Part shown: positions 24,532 to 38,024 of the stretch, in pieces
Layout: every line of letters starts with the position of its first letter
Position numbering within the stretch: position 1 is the first letter of the stretch
Origin: Mobula birostris
Lineage: Eukaryota
Reading direction: 5' to 3'
Length of the DNA stretch: 64,000 nucleotides
Assembly: GCF_030028105.1 (NCBI RefSeq)
Contig: NC_092374.1
Span: 31,195,016-31,259,015 of the forward strand
The notes under the pieces: generated by a model
Database searches by the model: none
Told to the model about the DNA's origin: nothing
The model's input: only the letters and a program-made list of their open reading frames with translations
Program-made: the position numbers and the translations under genes

Positions 24532-24955
24532 CATAAGACATGGAAGCCAAATTAGGCCATTTGATCCATCAAGTCCGCTCTGCCATTCCATCATGGCTGA
24601 TTTATTATTCCTCTCATCCCAATCTCCTGCCTTCGCCCCTTAACCTTTAATGCCATTACTAATCAAGAATCTAACAACTTCTGCTGTAAATATACTGAAT
24701 GTCTTGCCCTTCACAGCTGTTTGCGACAATGAGTTCCACAAACTTATCACCCACTGGCTAAAAAAAATCCTCCTCATATCTGTTCTAAAGGGATGTCCTT
24801 GCATTCTGAGGCTGTGCCCTCTGGTCCTAGACTTCCCCATACAGAAAAATCCTCTCTGTCTATGCCTTTCAATATTCGATAGGTTTCAATGAGAGTCCCC
24901 TCATTCTTCTAAATTGCAGTGAGTACAGTCCTAGAGCCATCAAACACTCCTCATC
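24532..24955 (-). mobile_element. CR1 3' end
   Basis: ORF 24640-24840 (SRTRGHSLRMQGHPFRTDMRRIFFSQWVISLWNSL). Confidence 0.88.
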
Positions 24956-25959
24956 AGTCCCGTTCTTGTTGAAAAATGGGCAAGAGGCCTGTTCTTATAA
25001 AACATATCGTCTTTACTCATCTTCAACAGAAGCTGCAAATCTGAAAGCTATGTGGCCTATTGAAAATTATAACCTTTGAAGCAAAATAGCAGGTTCCAAA
25101 CTTTAAGGCTAAAAATAATGATATAGAAAAATTATGGATCTGGATAGAGATTGGCCTCAATAATTACTTTTAGAAATAAACTCAGCTGTTTTTGAAATAA
25201 AAGAAACTCAGAAGATGAGTTAAACTTTGAAATCTTGTGATGGACTATGATCCACTACCTACCACCTTCCTAACATTATGCTCACACATACGGCAGTCTA
25301 AAGAAAGGTACCAAACATAAGATCTTAGATTGTGTAGACAGAGAGAAAGCTGTGGATTTAGGATAAGCAAGTATTGTGAGTTCTGATTGCATGCTTTGTA
25401 TGCATATGCGTGAGCTGTTTAGACCATAAAACAATACGACCATAACGCTTCTTATGTGAGCTGTTTCGTGTCAGCAGCAGAAATTATCTGTGGTTCAATA
25501 GTTCATTGGTCTTGTGTTCTGTTACATATCTGTGTGGGTCAACAGGGATATACTTATATAATAACAATGGGAGGGTTCTTAGTGCTCTGCCTGGACTTTC
25601 CAGAAACGCACTGGCAGTCACGCTTATGTGGGTGGTTTGCGCTTCAGAAATGGCATTTGAGTGGATCTAGTGAATTATACATAAGGCTTTGAAGTAACTA
25701 GTTGGGGATAGTGTTCATTTGAAGGGAATTTTTGAAATTTGAAAAGGAAAGAGAAGGAGATAGTGTAGTGTATTGTAATAGCCAGTGCTAAGAAGTGTGT
25801 GACAAGATGAGATAGAATCAGTAATGAAAATCATATAGTAATAAAACAGGGCCAAAGCAGGGAAGGAAAATGGTAAAGTCAAAATTAAGGGCTCTTTATC
25901 TCAATGCATAAAGCACTCATTACAAAAATAGATGAATAAGCAGCTCAGATATAAATTAC

Positions 25960-26093
25960 ATATATAAAAATAAGCCTGAAACGTCGACTGTACCTCTTCC
26001 TATAGATGCTGCCTGGCCTGTTGCGTTCACCAGCATTTTTTGTGCACGTTGCTTGAATTTCCAGCATCTGCAGATTTCCTCGTGTTTGCGTTT
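25960..26093 (+). mobile_element. Very short PLE pLTR insertion with 15-bp TSD
   Basis: tcagatataaattac (25945-25959) and tcaaatataaattac (26094-26108) flank gcctgaaacgtcgactgt...gcatctgcagatttcctcgtgtt. Inserted in an old CR1 endonuclease remnant. Confidence 0.8.
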
Positions 26094-26189
26094 TCAAATA
26101 TAAATTACTCTATTTTATCTAATAGTTGTTACAGAGATGTGAATGCAAGCTAACTAGTGTTGGGAACTGAGTACATTCAGCAACAAGAT

Positions 26190-26443
26190 TTTTTTTCAGA
26201 GATGCAGCTCGGGAACGGACCCTCACAGTGCAACAAGCACAAGCCACCCAGTTGCACGCATGTGACCAACTAACCCACTAACCCATATCTCTTTGGAATG
26301 CAGGAGGAAATTGGAGCGCCCGGAGGAAATCCACACGTTCACGGAGAGAACATAAGAACTCTTTGCAGGCAGTGGCAGGAAGTGAACCTGGATTGCTGGC
26401 ACTGCAAAGCATTGTGCTACCCACTATGCTGCAGTGCCGCCCA
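26190..26443 (-). mobile_element. tRNA-derived SINE (HE1/V-SINE-like)
   Basis: Minus strand starts gggcggcactgcagcatagtgggtag...caggttcacttcc; V-domain-like ttcctccgggcgctccaatttcctcc. Confidence 0.82.
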
Positions 26444-26764
26444 TAATCTGCCGGAGAAACTCAGGGGTCTGAGCAGAATTTGTGGGAGGAAAAGAATTGT
26501 CAAGGTTTTGAGTTGAAGTCTCTGAGTTTCTCCAACTTGTTGCTGCAGATTCTAGTATCTGCAGACTCTTGTGTCGCAGTGGGAACTGAATATTCTAGTG
26601 CTGTAATAGAGACAGAAAGAATGGAAAAGGAGGATGATGGAGAAGGCACTGATAATAAAGGAGGAGATGAGAATACTGGTGAGATATGGAATAATGGGCA
26701 ACAGGATGTACTGGTGTCCTCAGTAAATTATTCCGCAGTCCATCAATCCAAGAGTAATTCTGCA

Positions 26765-28500
26765 AAGTTCAAGGTAAATTTATTATCTAAGTACATTTAT
26801 TTCACCATACACACAGGCATACTCAGTAACTCTATAATACCCGTAATAGAATCAATGAAATACCATAACAACTTGGCCAATACCGAGAACATGAACAAGA
26901 GTCTTTGAAGGTGAGCCCAAAGGTTGTAGGAACATTTCACCGATGGGGCAAGAGCCTGATAGCTGAGGGGTAATAACTGTTCCTGAAGCTGGTGGTGGTG
27001 TGAGCCCTGACACTCCTGTACCTTCTTTGTGATAGCAGCAGCGAGAGGAGAGCTTGTCCTGGGTGGTGGGGGTTCCTCATGATGGATGCTGCTTTCCTGG
27101 TGTAGATGTGCTCAGTTGTGGGGAGGGTTTTACCTGTGCTCAGTTGTGGGGAGAGTTTTACCTGCGCTCAGTTGTGGGGAGGGTTTTACCTGCGCTCAGT
27201 TGTGGGGAGGGTTTTACCTGTGCTCAGTTGTGAGGATGGTTTTACCTGTGCTCAGTTGTGGGGAGGGTTTTACCTGTGATGGAATGGGTCCTATCCACTA
27301 CTTTTAGCAGGGTTTTACATTCAAAGGCATTGATGTTTCCATACCAGGCTGTGATGCAACCAGACACTATACTCTACGCTATATATCTATAGGAGTCTGT
27401 CAAAGTTTTAAATGTCATGCTGAATCTTTGAAAACCCCTGAGGAAGGAAAGGAGCTGCCGTGCTTTCTTTGTAATTGCTCTTACAAAGGAAGTGCTGGGC
27501 CCAGGACAGGTCCAGCGAAATAATAATACCAAGGAATTTAAAGTTGCTTCCCCTCTCCATCTCTGATCCTCTGAGGACTGACTCAGAGACCTCTGGTTTC
27601 CTTCTCCTGAAGTCAATAATCTGTTCCCAGGACTTGCTGACGTTGAGTAAGAGGTTGTTGTTATGGTACCACACAACCAGATTTTCAATCTCCCTCATAC
27701 ATCCTGATTCGTCACCACCTTTAATTTGGCCTACAATCAGCAAACTTGAATATGGCATTGGAGCTGTGCAGAGCGAGTAGAGCAGGGGGTTAAGCACACA
27801 GTTCTGTGGTGCACCAGTGCTGATGGATATTATGGAGGAGATGTTATTGCCAATCTGACCTGATTGGGATCTACAAGTGAGAAAATCAAGGATCTAATTG
27901 CACAATGAGGTATTGAGGCCAAGGTCTTGAAGCTTATTTATTAGCTTTGAGGGGACACTGGTATTAAATGCTGAGCTGTAGTTGATAAAGAGCATCCTGA
28001 TGTATACACCTTTGCTGTCCAGATATTCCAGGGTTGAGTGAAGAGCCAGTGAGATGGCATCTGTTATGGACCTGTTGCTCTGATAGGCAAACTGGAGTGA
28101 TTCTAGTCACTTTTCAGGCAGGAGTTGATATCTTTCATCACCAACCTCTCAAAATACTTTGTCACTGTGGATGCTTCAAGAAGATGGTCAATAAGGCAGG
28201 TTACCATTTTCTTCTTTGGCTCTGGTATAATTGAAGCCTGCTTGTAGCAGGGGGGTACCTCAGACTTCTGAAGTGAGACTTTAATGTTCTCAGTGAACAC
28301 TCTAGCCTGTTGATCAGCACAGGTCTGTAGTACTTGGCCGGGTACCCCTTCTGGGCCGTATGCTTTTTCTGGGTTCACCCTCCTGAAGGTTGCTCACATG
28401 TCAGCCTCAGAGACTGAAATCACAGGATCATCGGGCGCAGTGGGAGTTCATGTTGGTTCCTCCAAGTTTTGATGGTCAAAGCAAGCACAGGAAGTTCATC
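26765..28500 (-). mobile_element. Rex1/Babar LINE, 5'-truncated
   Basis: KAYGPEGVPGQVLQTCADQ (ORF 28103); LNPLLYSL...NNLLLNVSK...IIDFRR...FKFLGI (ORF 27408). Confidence 0.88.
27107..27278. repeat. 28-bp minisatellite, 6 copies plus 4 nt, inside the Rex1 ORF
   Basis: Unit tgtgctcagttgtggggagggttttacc, 0-2 substitutions per copy, no spacers. Confidence 0.95.
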
Positions 28501-28944
28501 TGTCAGTGAAGCCGTTGTTTGATAATGTTTATCAAAATTATTGTGATAATTATAAGAGCTTCTCTTTGGTTAAAGAATGCAAATCAAAGTAGGCAAAGTA
28601 ATCTTCTCCATGTATTGGCGGAATTTATTAAAAGCAATTGCTTAGAGATGTACACTGTGGACCCAACTTGGGAAGAAGTCATTTTAAATGTGGTCAAGTA
28701 TAAAGAGATAGAATTAATTAGTGTCTTCTGGAGGTGAATAATTGGATATGATGGAATTTTAAAAAATAAGTTCAAGAGTGACCAAGTTATTTGTGTAATC
28801 AGTCTTCAATAACAGCCAGATACATGGGTATGATCGATGAACTGGTCAGGAAAGATTACTTGGAAAGGTGTTGTGGTAGAAAAGCAATCAAGTCTAGTTG
28901 AGTTTGTATAAACACGTAAAAACACTTATCTATACGTATGTGCA

Positions 28945-29775
28945 CAATGGATTCTGGGTAATTGGGCCATTGGTTAATTGATGCAGCTGCTTCTTTGGGA
29001 CAACCTTTGAGGAACAAAAACAAATCAAGTAAATAGCTGGAATTCCCATTGTTTATTTGGGACACTGTGGATCAACTGGGGCAGGGAATTGTTGCTAACT
29101 AGCGTCAGTTGTGTGCACCTCGTGTGGGTGTTAGGCATTACACTGTGCTTGGAGTAAACAGTTTTTAAATAGTGTCACTTATGTGTTTGTATTCAAAAAG
29201 CAGTGATTTTTTTTTGGTCACTAATCATTGGCAAATAATAAACAGTAAGACAATTCAGAACTGTTTAGCTCATTGTGGTTTCAAGCACTCAGGCTTGGAG
29301 ATGCCAGAAATGGCCAGGAGTGAAAATGAAACAATTTCACTGCTTTAGCAAGTTAGGAACTATGAAGAATTTGAAAGTTTCAACAATTACCTTGAATGTT
29401 ACAATTAAAATGAAGATTTTGGAGGATGCAATCATCAAAAGCACCGTTTGAAAGCAGCCCACTATCTGTACTAGGTGTCTGGACTGATTTTCTTCATTTG
29501 CAGTTAATCACAAGAACACGCCAGCGTATACTGAATGAATTCCTTCTTCGATAACTGTTCAGATCTAATATATAGCTTTATAGTACCGTAGTAGTTTTGA
29601 TAATGGTCTAATTTATTCTGTATTTCATTTAAATACCTAATTTTTTTACTTAGTTAAATGATAGTTTGTCTTTTTTATACTTTTTTTAAACCTATTTCCA
29701 TGAAACTTTGGCTAATTGGAGCAGCCGCTTAATTGGACCAGAATGTACTGGTCCCGATGTGTCCCAACCAACCAA
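28945..29775. mobile_element. Tigger/pogo-like non-autonomous DNA transposon
   Basis: Left caatggattctgggtaattgggcc...ggttaattg; right ctaattggagcagccgcttaattggacc...gtcccaaccaacc (repeated subterminal taattgg motifs). Confidence 0.5.
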
Positions 29776-30099
29776 GGTAATGCAGCAACTCTGCCGTTGG
29801 CTTTCCAATGAACCAGTGAACTAGACTTGCAATATTCTACATTTACCAACGCCTGGCAGAGTCTTGCGACCACAAGAAAAACATCCAAAATAATCACTCG
29901 CACTGTCATGGACTTGTGTACAGTTGTTGTGCCAAGTAAAACAGTGCAGAGCTCCAGCTCCATTGCTATCAAGCAACTCACTGATGGGGTAGACCTGCAG
30001 GACTTTATGTTCTTAACATCCAACCGAATCTTATGATCTTAGAAAAGATATAAAGTATGAACACTTACACTTTTGATTGGACCTGACGTGGCCGCTGCC

Positions 30100-31270
30100 T
30101 GAAAATGCTGAAATTAATTATTAAAAACATGATGACAGCACTTGGAAAGACTGAGTACAGTTACATTGAAAACATGGTATTACAAAGGGAAATTATATTT
30201 ACCAAATTTTTTCGAGCTTTTTCATCTTGTATTGGTGAGATGAATAAAAAGCGACCCAGTAGCCACAGTGTGTTTGGATTTCCAAAGGCTTTTGAAAAGG
30301 TGCCACATGAACGATTAGTGCAAAAAGTAAGAGTTTAGTGGGCTGATGGAAACATGAGTAGTGGGTTGGTTAACGCACTGAAAACAAGGGTTAGAAGTGA
30401 ACAGGCCATTTTCAATATACAAAGTCGTAACTAGTGGGATGATTTCATGATCAGAGCTGTGCTCTCAGCTATTAATGACTAGGGTGAGGATTAAGTACAA
30501 TAAATGCACGATGTATCCAAATGATCAGTAATCTGATAAACAGTAAGCTCCAAGGAGAACACATGAATAAATAATAATAAATAAGGCAAGAAAGCAGATT
30601 AAATAGAGATGGCCAAAGGACTATAATACAGGAAATGTATGAGGATAACTATTTTGGTGGAAGTGGAACACGTTTAAGTGGTGCAAAAGATTTAAGCGTG
30701 AGTGCCCTTGAAGATTAAACATGGAAAGTTAGCATTTCAGGTTCAACAAGTAACTGGGAAGCAATTGAAATGTTGGTCTTTGTTACAAAAGAGATAGAAT
30801 GCAAGAACGGGGAAGTTTTGCTGTAACAGTACATGATGACATTGAAAGCACAGCTGAATTATTGTATTTGGTTTGATCTCCTTATTTAAAGGGCATACCT
30901 TCCTTTAAAATAGTACATTGAAAGTTGTCTTATGTGGAGAGATTGAACAGAATGGGCCTATGTTCTCAAGACATTAGAATAATAAGAGTTGAACATGCTG
31001 AGGCTGAGTGGCCTGTCAGGTCTAGGGGAAGAAAATCTCAAGACTTATTTGCACTTGGAATTCTTTTTCACAGACTATTTGGAAGTTTTGGAATTTTTGT
31101 TCGTCCCAAAGAGTTATGAAGGCTGAGTCATTAAGAATATTCAATGGTAATCAAGAGTTCCGGGAATCAGGCAAATAAATGAACATGAGGCCAAATATCA
31201 GATCAGACAGAATGACTGAGAAGGAACTTTGTGGCCTACACTTCTCCTGATATTTTTATGTTATGATCTT
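30100..31270 (+). mobile_element. Old CR1 LINE (RT to 3' end)
   Basis: ttggatttccaaaggcttttgaaaaggtgccacatgaacgatta (DFxKAFEKVPHERL); SYVERLNRMGL; 3' UTR ending ttatgttatgatctta. Confidence 0.75.
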
Positions 31271-31462
31271 ATAGAATGCTCATAAACCCAGTTCCATGAT
31301 AAATTATGGTTCTTGTGGCATCATCTGTCTTTCAATTAACTTAGACCTACACCCTCTGTGCTCTCTGCACTGAGGTAAATTGGTCTTTGCTGTTTAGCCT
31401 GGGCCTCTCACAATTCTGAAGACCTCAGTTAAATCCTTCTTCAGTCTCCAATCCCACCCTGG

Positions 31463-31524
31463 ACCGTTTCTCAGCCTTTTGGCTAGGATCAAGTGTAGTA
31501 TTTGTTCTTATAAATTTAATACCT
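31463..31524 (+). pseudogene. U2: U2 snRNA 5' fragment (nt ~1-62)
   Basis: accgtttctcagccttttggctaggatcaagtgtagtatttgttcttataaatttaatacct matches vertebrate U2 nt 1-62 as recalled (54/62 by manual alignment). Includes branch-point-pairing GTAGTA; no Sm site. Confidence 0.92.
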
Positions 31525-31528
31525 ATCA

Positions 31529-31778
31529 GGGCAGCATGGTACTGTAGCGGTTAACGTAATGCTACTACAGCGCCAGCGATGCAGGTTCAATTCCCGCTGC
31601 TGCCTGTAGGTTCTCCCTGTGATCGTGTGTGTTTCCTCCACATGCTCCGGTTTCCTCCCACATTGCATGGATTAGTAGGTTAATTGGTCACGTGGGTGTA
31701 ATTGGATGGTGCGGGGTTCACTGGGCCAGAAGGTTCTGTTACCATACTGCTTCTCTATAAATAAAAAAAATAAAATAA
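31529..31778 (+). mobile_element. tRNA-derived SINE (HE1/V-SINE-like), full length
   Basis: Head gggcagcatggtactgtagcggtt, B-box ggttcaattccc, ctccggtttcctcccaca core, tail ataaataaaaaaaataaaataa. Confidence 0.88.
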
Positions 31779-34700
31779 TTCCCCAGGTCCAATACCATCT
31801 TCATAAAGCTTCTCTGCATCATCTTGAGTACTGTGACTTTCCAGATTTCCAGTGTCCTCTGAGAGAAAGAAAAAGATGTTAGCAAATCTCTATAATAAAC
31901 TTCATGAAATTACATTCCTATATTTGGTGTTCTTGTTGAATAGTTTGCTAACTTCTGCTTTATCTGTCCCGTTCATTGTTCTATGGTTCCTATCGTACAT
32001 TCTCTCAATTTTCTTTTACCATGTGATGTTTGAGTATTCTCCAACCTTCACACATACCTTTAAAACCTTTGATATTTGCAGATCGTGTTGATTAGGATAC
32101 TGACAAAGGGATACTGTAGCAATGGCTTTGTTAGCAGAAATATAAATTATAAAATTCAAGGAAGTTAAGCCAAATCTTGGGCTTTCCATCGAGACAGAGA
32201 ATCACCTGATTCCACTCCAGTTTTGTCAGTTCTGAATTGGACTAACGTGACCAACATAGGAACTGTAGACCCTTCCATAGATGGGATAGAAGGAGCCTGA
32301 TGGGGCAGGTGAGTGAACTTCCGCATTCACCCATGGGTAGCCTTGAGACTCTCAACACCATTCCGAATGCTCATTTGCTACTTTGAGCTGTCATAGGAGA
32401 AGGTTTCCCAGGAGTCAGTAGGGTTGTTGTATTTTCTCAAGGAGACTTTCACCACATCCTTGTCACCTTGTGAAGTAAAAAACAGAAAGTGCAGTAAACA
32501 CTTGCCAGGTGCAGCAGGTTGGGCAGCATCTGTGGAAAGACAAACAGTTCATATCTGAGGTCCAGGACCCTTCGTCAGAGCTTTGAAGGGGGGGGGGGGG
32601 ATAAAAACAAGTTGGTTTTCATTAGGAGAGATTGTGGGGGAAAGACAGGTGAAACAAGGAAAATCTCAATGATAGGATAAATTTACGTGGGCTCATGAGT
32701 GTAGTTACTGGTGCATTAAACTTATTTGTCTATGTAATATGTTGTTAATGTCACTCCCTCACTCCCTCACGCTGGATGAGCCCTGCTAGTCAGGCAGTAT
32801 CCATGGAGGCATTGACGTTTTCATACCGAGACCCTTCCTTAGGACTTCCTTCCAATTCTTATGTTAAAGTGGTAAAGACAGCAATTATGTTACAGAAGGA
32901 GACATTGTAATGGAAGTGAGGAACTGAGATCATGCAAATCAGAATGCAAGAAGTGCCTTTCCTCTACTTGGAAACACAAAGTATCATCAAGAATATTTAG
33001 GATTCTGGATGGATTCCAAATAGAAGGTGAAACTTCAGCTATGATCTTTTTGGAATGAATTCAGATTGGGTGCATGCACTGAGCAATCAGATCTGGCTGT
33101 AAATGTGGGTCTTACCAAATATACCAACACAAATAAAGACAAAAAGAAGTAAATAAAATGGAAAAGACAAAAGGTAAAAGAGAGTGTTGTGTTGAGGGGA
33201 TGAGGACTGATTTTTTTATCAAATGCAAAAGAAACAACAACTCTGAATGCTGAAAATCTAAAATAAATGTAGAGCTTATATATAAATATTTAACCAGTCA
33301 CTTGGCTTCTTTGAGGGAAAATATTCTGATATTCAGCTCTGAATATATTTGGTGACTCTGCTTCCACTGCATTCTGGCATAGAGAATTCCTAAGGTACAT
33401 ACACAACAACTTTTCAGACAGCTGGAAAATCATATCTGCATCTGAAACAGCAACTTCCCATTCTTTGCTAAATTCTGGATTCCTGCTTGACAGCTGATGA
33501 TCTGTCAGCATCAATCACAGGGTTATGGAGTAATACAGTACTTAAACAGACCTTTCAGTTCAACTCATCCACGCCAACCAAGATGCCCATCTAAGCTGGT
33601 CCTATCTGGAGGGACACACTGAACCTCAGTGGGGTACAACCACAGTATAGTTGGAGTCAGAACTAAACTCTAAAAAAGAACAAAAACATCAGATCCAGAC
33701 TTTCATCTTCACTTGAGGAATGGCTAGTATTTATTTACTTGAATGGGGTTCCAAGCCTACATGGAAAAGCTGAGTGCAGACATTTTTTCTTTGATTTACT
33801 TACACTGTTTACTTAGACTTAACAGTTTTGTTAATTTCCAGCAATTAAGCTTTCTTTCCCTTAGTAATTTATTCTTTAATCATTTTAATTATTAAATGGT
33901 TTTGAACTCTTTGTTTTTAAATGCAGCATAAAGTAAATGCTGCTTTAGAAACAACATTTGGATGCAGCCACGATCAAGTATGATTTGGCCCAATAAATCG
34001 TATGGAGAAATTACACTTGGTCTATCAGTTGAAGTTAAATGGTTAGAATAGGACAAAGGAACACAGATTTAAACCAGTAATGGGCAAATCTAGGACTGAT
34101 ATATCTCAATTTTTTCACACAGAGTAATCATGACCCAGACGGGATTCCAAATAGAATGGTGAAGATGAGAAATGAAAAAGAAAATTGGAATGGTGTGGGT
34201 CGTTCTCAATAAGTGAACTGAAATAGGTCGAAAAGACTTCATCATCACATAGTCTCCCTTAATAGAATTGACCAGAGCTGCTTTCTGCTAGAGTGAGTTC
34301 CAGATTCACACTGCTGTCTATGTAAAATAATTTCTTTGAAATCTATGTCTGATTTTTGCTATGGCTCTTCTAAACTGTTGGGTTCCCAAAGTAGAACCAC
34401 ACTTTATCTATGCTGTATATATTTTTTTTTAAAACTTTTGAAGAGCCTTATTTGGACGTGTCTCCACCTCTTCAGAAGGAAGGATAGTGGAACAAGCTGC
34501 CAGAATGAATGGTAGAAGTAGGCATGATTATAATATTTAAAATCGATTTGAAAAGGTACATGAACACAAGATTCTGCAGATGCTGGAAATCTAAAGTACA
34601 CACACAAAGAGCAGGAGGAATTCAACAAGTCAGGGAGGGGAACAAACAGAAGTTTTGAGTTGAGACACTTCATCAAGAAAAAGAAGCAATAAAAAAACAT

Positions 34701-35087
34701 TGCAAGTTCTAGAGCAATTCATTTTGTGTGTGTGTGTGTGTGTTGCTGTAGAACTTGAGATGTCTTTTTATTGACAGATCAGTAATTTGTGCATTTGAGC
34801 TCCTAGATCTCTCTGCTTCTTTACTCCTTTTAAATTCCAGTAATATATGACTTCCATTGTTGTCTTACTAAAGTTTATGTAATTCCTCACACTGCTTTTT
34901 TCCAAACATTGTGCCCACCTGTTAATTCTTCTTTGCAGTTCTTGACCTTGACTGTCTCTGTGCCCCTTTTATTTGCTGCTATCTGCAAATTTAGAAAGTA
35001 TGTTTTTGATTCCAGCGTTTAAATACTTTCAAATTGTGAACAGAACTGATCCTAGTTGGACCTCAGTTTTCTCACTTTGCCACTTAG

Positions 35088-35392
35088 TATCAGGCCTGCT
35101 CAGGCAGACACCTCCCAGCTAACAGGAGTCACCTGCCATTCATTTCCAACACATCACCTGCAGCCTATTTAAACACAGCTTTCATCCACAATCCTTGTTC
35201 ACTCTGTCAAACCTGCCAGCCTTAACCAGTTGCTCCTAGCTTTCAGTTATCCTGTTGCCTTGTCATGTTAAGTATCTGTTCTCTTTTGTTTTGTGGCCCC
35301 TCATGGCTTGTTATTTTGCAACTTATTATTAAAATTATTGCTCAGTGCTAAATCATCTCCAGTGGATCAAGCTTCCTCTACATTTCCTGACA
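35088..35392 (+). repeat. 5' LTR
   Basis: tatcaggcctgc...tatttaaa...attaaa...acatttcctgaca. Confidence 0.9.
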
Positions 35393-38024
35393 GAGTGAGT
35401 GAACCCACAATTGATCCATCAGAGTTTGCTCTCCTAAAGTAAGTTCTTGCTGACATGAGTCTGTGATCCAGAATCAGCAGGAAACAATTGACTATCTGCT
35501 CACCACTCTCCATCAACTCTCCATCTCATTACTCTCTTAGCAATCCTGAGCCAGTCATCCTCCTCCCTTGGAGCCCTGGATTCAGCTATCCAAATGCTTT
35601 GATGGAATCACCAACCCAGTACCACAACTCCCCGTCCCAGAGGGGGCAGTGGATAGCATACTTTGGCAGCATCAAGACTCGCGCTCGGTGCTGGATTACC
35701 CCATGTAATTCAGGACCCTTACAGTAGACTGTGGCTGGAATGCGGAACTGCTGCACACTATTACCATCACAGCTTCTCAGAGTGTTTGACACTTCGTCTC
35801 ACACTTCGAGCTCTCGCTGTCTCTGTATGCTGTGGACCAAGCCAAAATTGCCTTCATCATATCTCTCTTGACAGTGTGAACCCTGATCTGGGCTGCTACT
35901 AACTAGGACAATAAAACCACCATCTTGCAACAAATATGAGGAACTCACCACTGAGCTATACTGGGTTTTCGACTATCCGGGAAGTGGAAGGGGACAGTGG
36001 ATCGGATACTTTAGCAGCATCAAGTCTCGCGCTCGGTGCTGGATTACCCCATGTAATTCAAGACCCTTACAGTGGACTGTGGCTGGAATGCAGAAGCACT
36101 GCTGGCTCACACCATCATGACCTCTCAGAGTGCTCGAAAGACAAGCTGTCTACCTGGGAGATGCCCACCGACCTTGAAAGCCTGTGTGGCCCTCTGAATT
36201 GAGAAGTGTCTTATGGAACAACCCATCAAATCATCAGCCAGAGCCCCAGTTCTATTCACAAACCACTTCAGGCTGCAGCACCCTAAGCACCAGAACCCAT
36301 GCAGGTAGAGAAAGCTTCCTAAACCACCCCAAGACCATGAGCATTGGTGGAGAAGTAACTGTGCACTTATTGCACAGCCACTGATCACCCACCCATCAAA
36401 TGCACACGTGTCCGGGAAAATGGCACCACTGGGTAGAGGTGAGGGGCATTCTATCTGCTAAGCACCCCCGGTCTCTTGTTCCAGTACCACAGCCCAATTC
36501 TCACACTACAACCCAGCTTCATTTGACCATCCCAGTCTCCAGTGGTGCAGGATTCTTCTTTGTCAAAAAGAAAGATGGTGGTCTTTATCCCCGCATTGAT
36601 TACCATGAACTCAACAAAATCACCATTAAGAACTGGTACCATCTCTCTTTGCTGGATGGTGCATCCAAAACTCTCCACAGGGCTCAAATCTTCACCGAAC
36701 TGGAGCATGCACAACCTGATCTACGTCCTCCTGGGGGATGAGTGGAAGACAACATTCATAACACCTATTGGCCACTGTGAATACTTGGTGATGCCTTTCA
36801 GACTTTTTCAACAGTCTAGCTGTCCTCCAAGCCTTCATCAATGAGATCCTCTGTTATATACTACACAGGTATGTGTTCGTCTACCTCGATGACATCTTCA
36901 TCTCCTCCAAGGACCCCAAAGACCATGTCTGTCGTGTCTGGTTATTCATTCAGTGTATCCTTGAAAACCAGCTGTCCTGCTCATTAGAAAAATGCCAGTT
37001 CCACACCTCTGTCATTCCCTTCCTGGGTTATGACCTTTCACCCCAAGGCCTAACCCACTTTATTGCCTTCCCCAAGCTTCCATGAACCACTGAGACAGCG
37101 GGGACCTGGTTCTCCAATATACACTTCACTTTTGCGGTTTCCCTCTGGGCATTGTATCCGACCGGGGCCCACAATTTGTCTCCTGGTTTTGCAAAGCATT
37201 CTGCTCCCTCCTCCACACCTCAGCAAATTTGCTCACTGGTTATCATCCACAGATCAAAGGTCCGTCAGAAAGAGCCAGTCAACAAGTGGAGACGTTTCTG
37301 CGATGCTTCACCGCCTCTAACCTTCCCACGTGGAAGAGGTATCCGCTCTGGGCTGAGCTGTCCCACAATCCACACACCTCCTCTGCCACAGGTATGTCAC
37401 TCTTTGAAGTGTTTCACAGCCACCGATCCGCAGTGCTTCTCATGGAGGAGCCAACGGCCGATACTTTGTCAGCTCGGGCCCTGCTGCGCCGATGCTGGAT
37501 TCCTTGGAAGGCCATCCTAGCTGCGTACCGAGCCTGCTGCTTCCGCATTAACCACCATCAGTGCCCAGCCAGACTGTTCCAACCTGGGAGCTATACCTGG
37601 ATGTCCACCCAAGATCTGCCCCTGTGCACTGACTTCTGCAAGCTCTCACACTGGTTCATTGGTCTCCTTAAGATTACCTATCACATCAACCATCTTCAGC
37701 AGCCACCATCTCTCAGGTTCACACCTACCTTCCATGCGTCCTGCCTCAAGCCTGTTGTCCATGGACCACTTAACTCACCTGAGCCTGAACCTCTGGAATG
37801 AAGGGTGGCGAAAGGCGGTCCAGTGTACACAGCTCTCCAGTTGATGTATTCGTGCTGCCGTGGATGGGGTATGCAGCACCTGGTTGACTGAGAAGGGTAT
37901 GATCCCAAGGAGAGGCCTTGGGTATCATCCAGTTTATTCTTGGATCCAGCACTCGCTGAGCAGTTCCACTGAACCCGTTTGGATCATCTTAGGCCTTGGA
38001 TCTCGGCTGTAGGAGTGAGGGTCT

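Noticed and set aside
27107-27278. CRISPR-like 28-bp repeats
   Set aside because: Head-to-tail with no spacers, no cas genes, eukaryotic context, and embedded in a LINE.
31463-31524. Functional U2 gene or Keno-type U2-targeted insertion
   Set aside because: Only the first third of U2 is present, without an Sm site, and the remainder is not found downstream. The adjacent element is a tRNA SINE, not a Tx1/Keno ORF.
31529-31600. tRNA gene
   Set aside because: The A/B boxes belong to a SINE head followed by the SINE core and tail; no complete cloverleaf.
34725-34743. (TG)n microsatellite; also G-runs at ~32588, ~44130 and ~60959
   Set aside because: Ordinary simple repeats.
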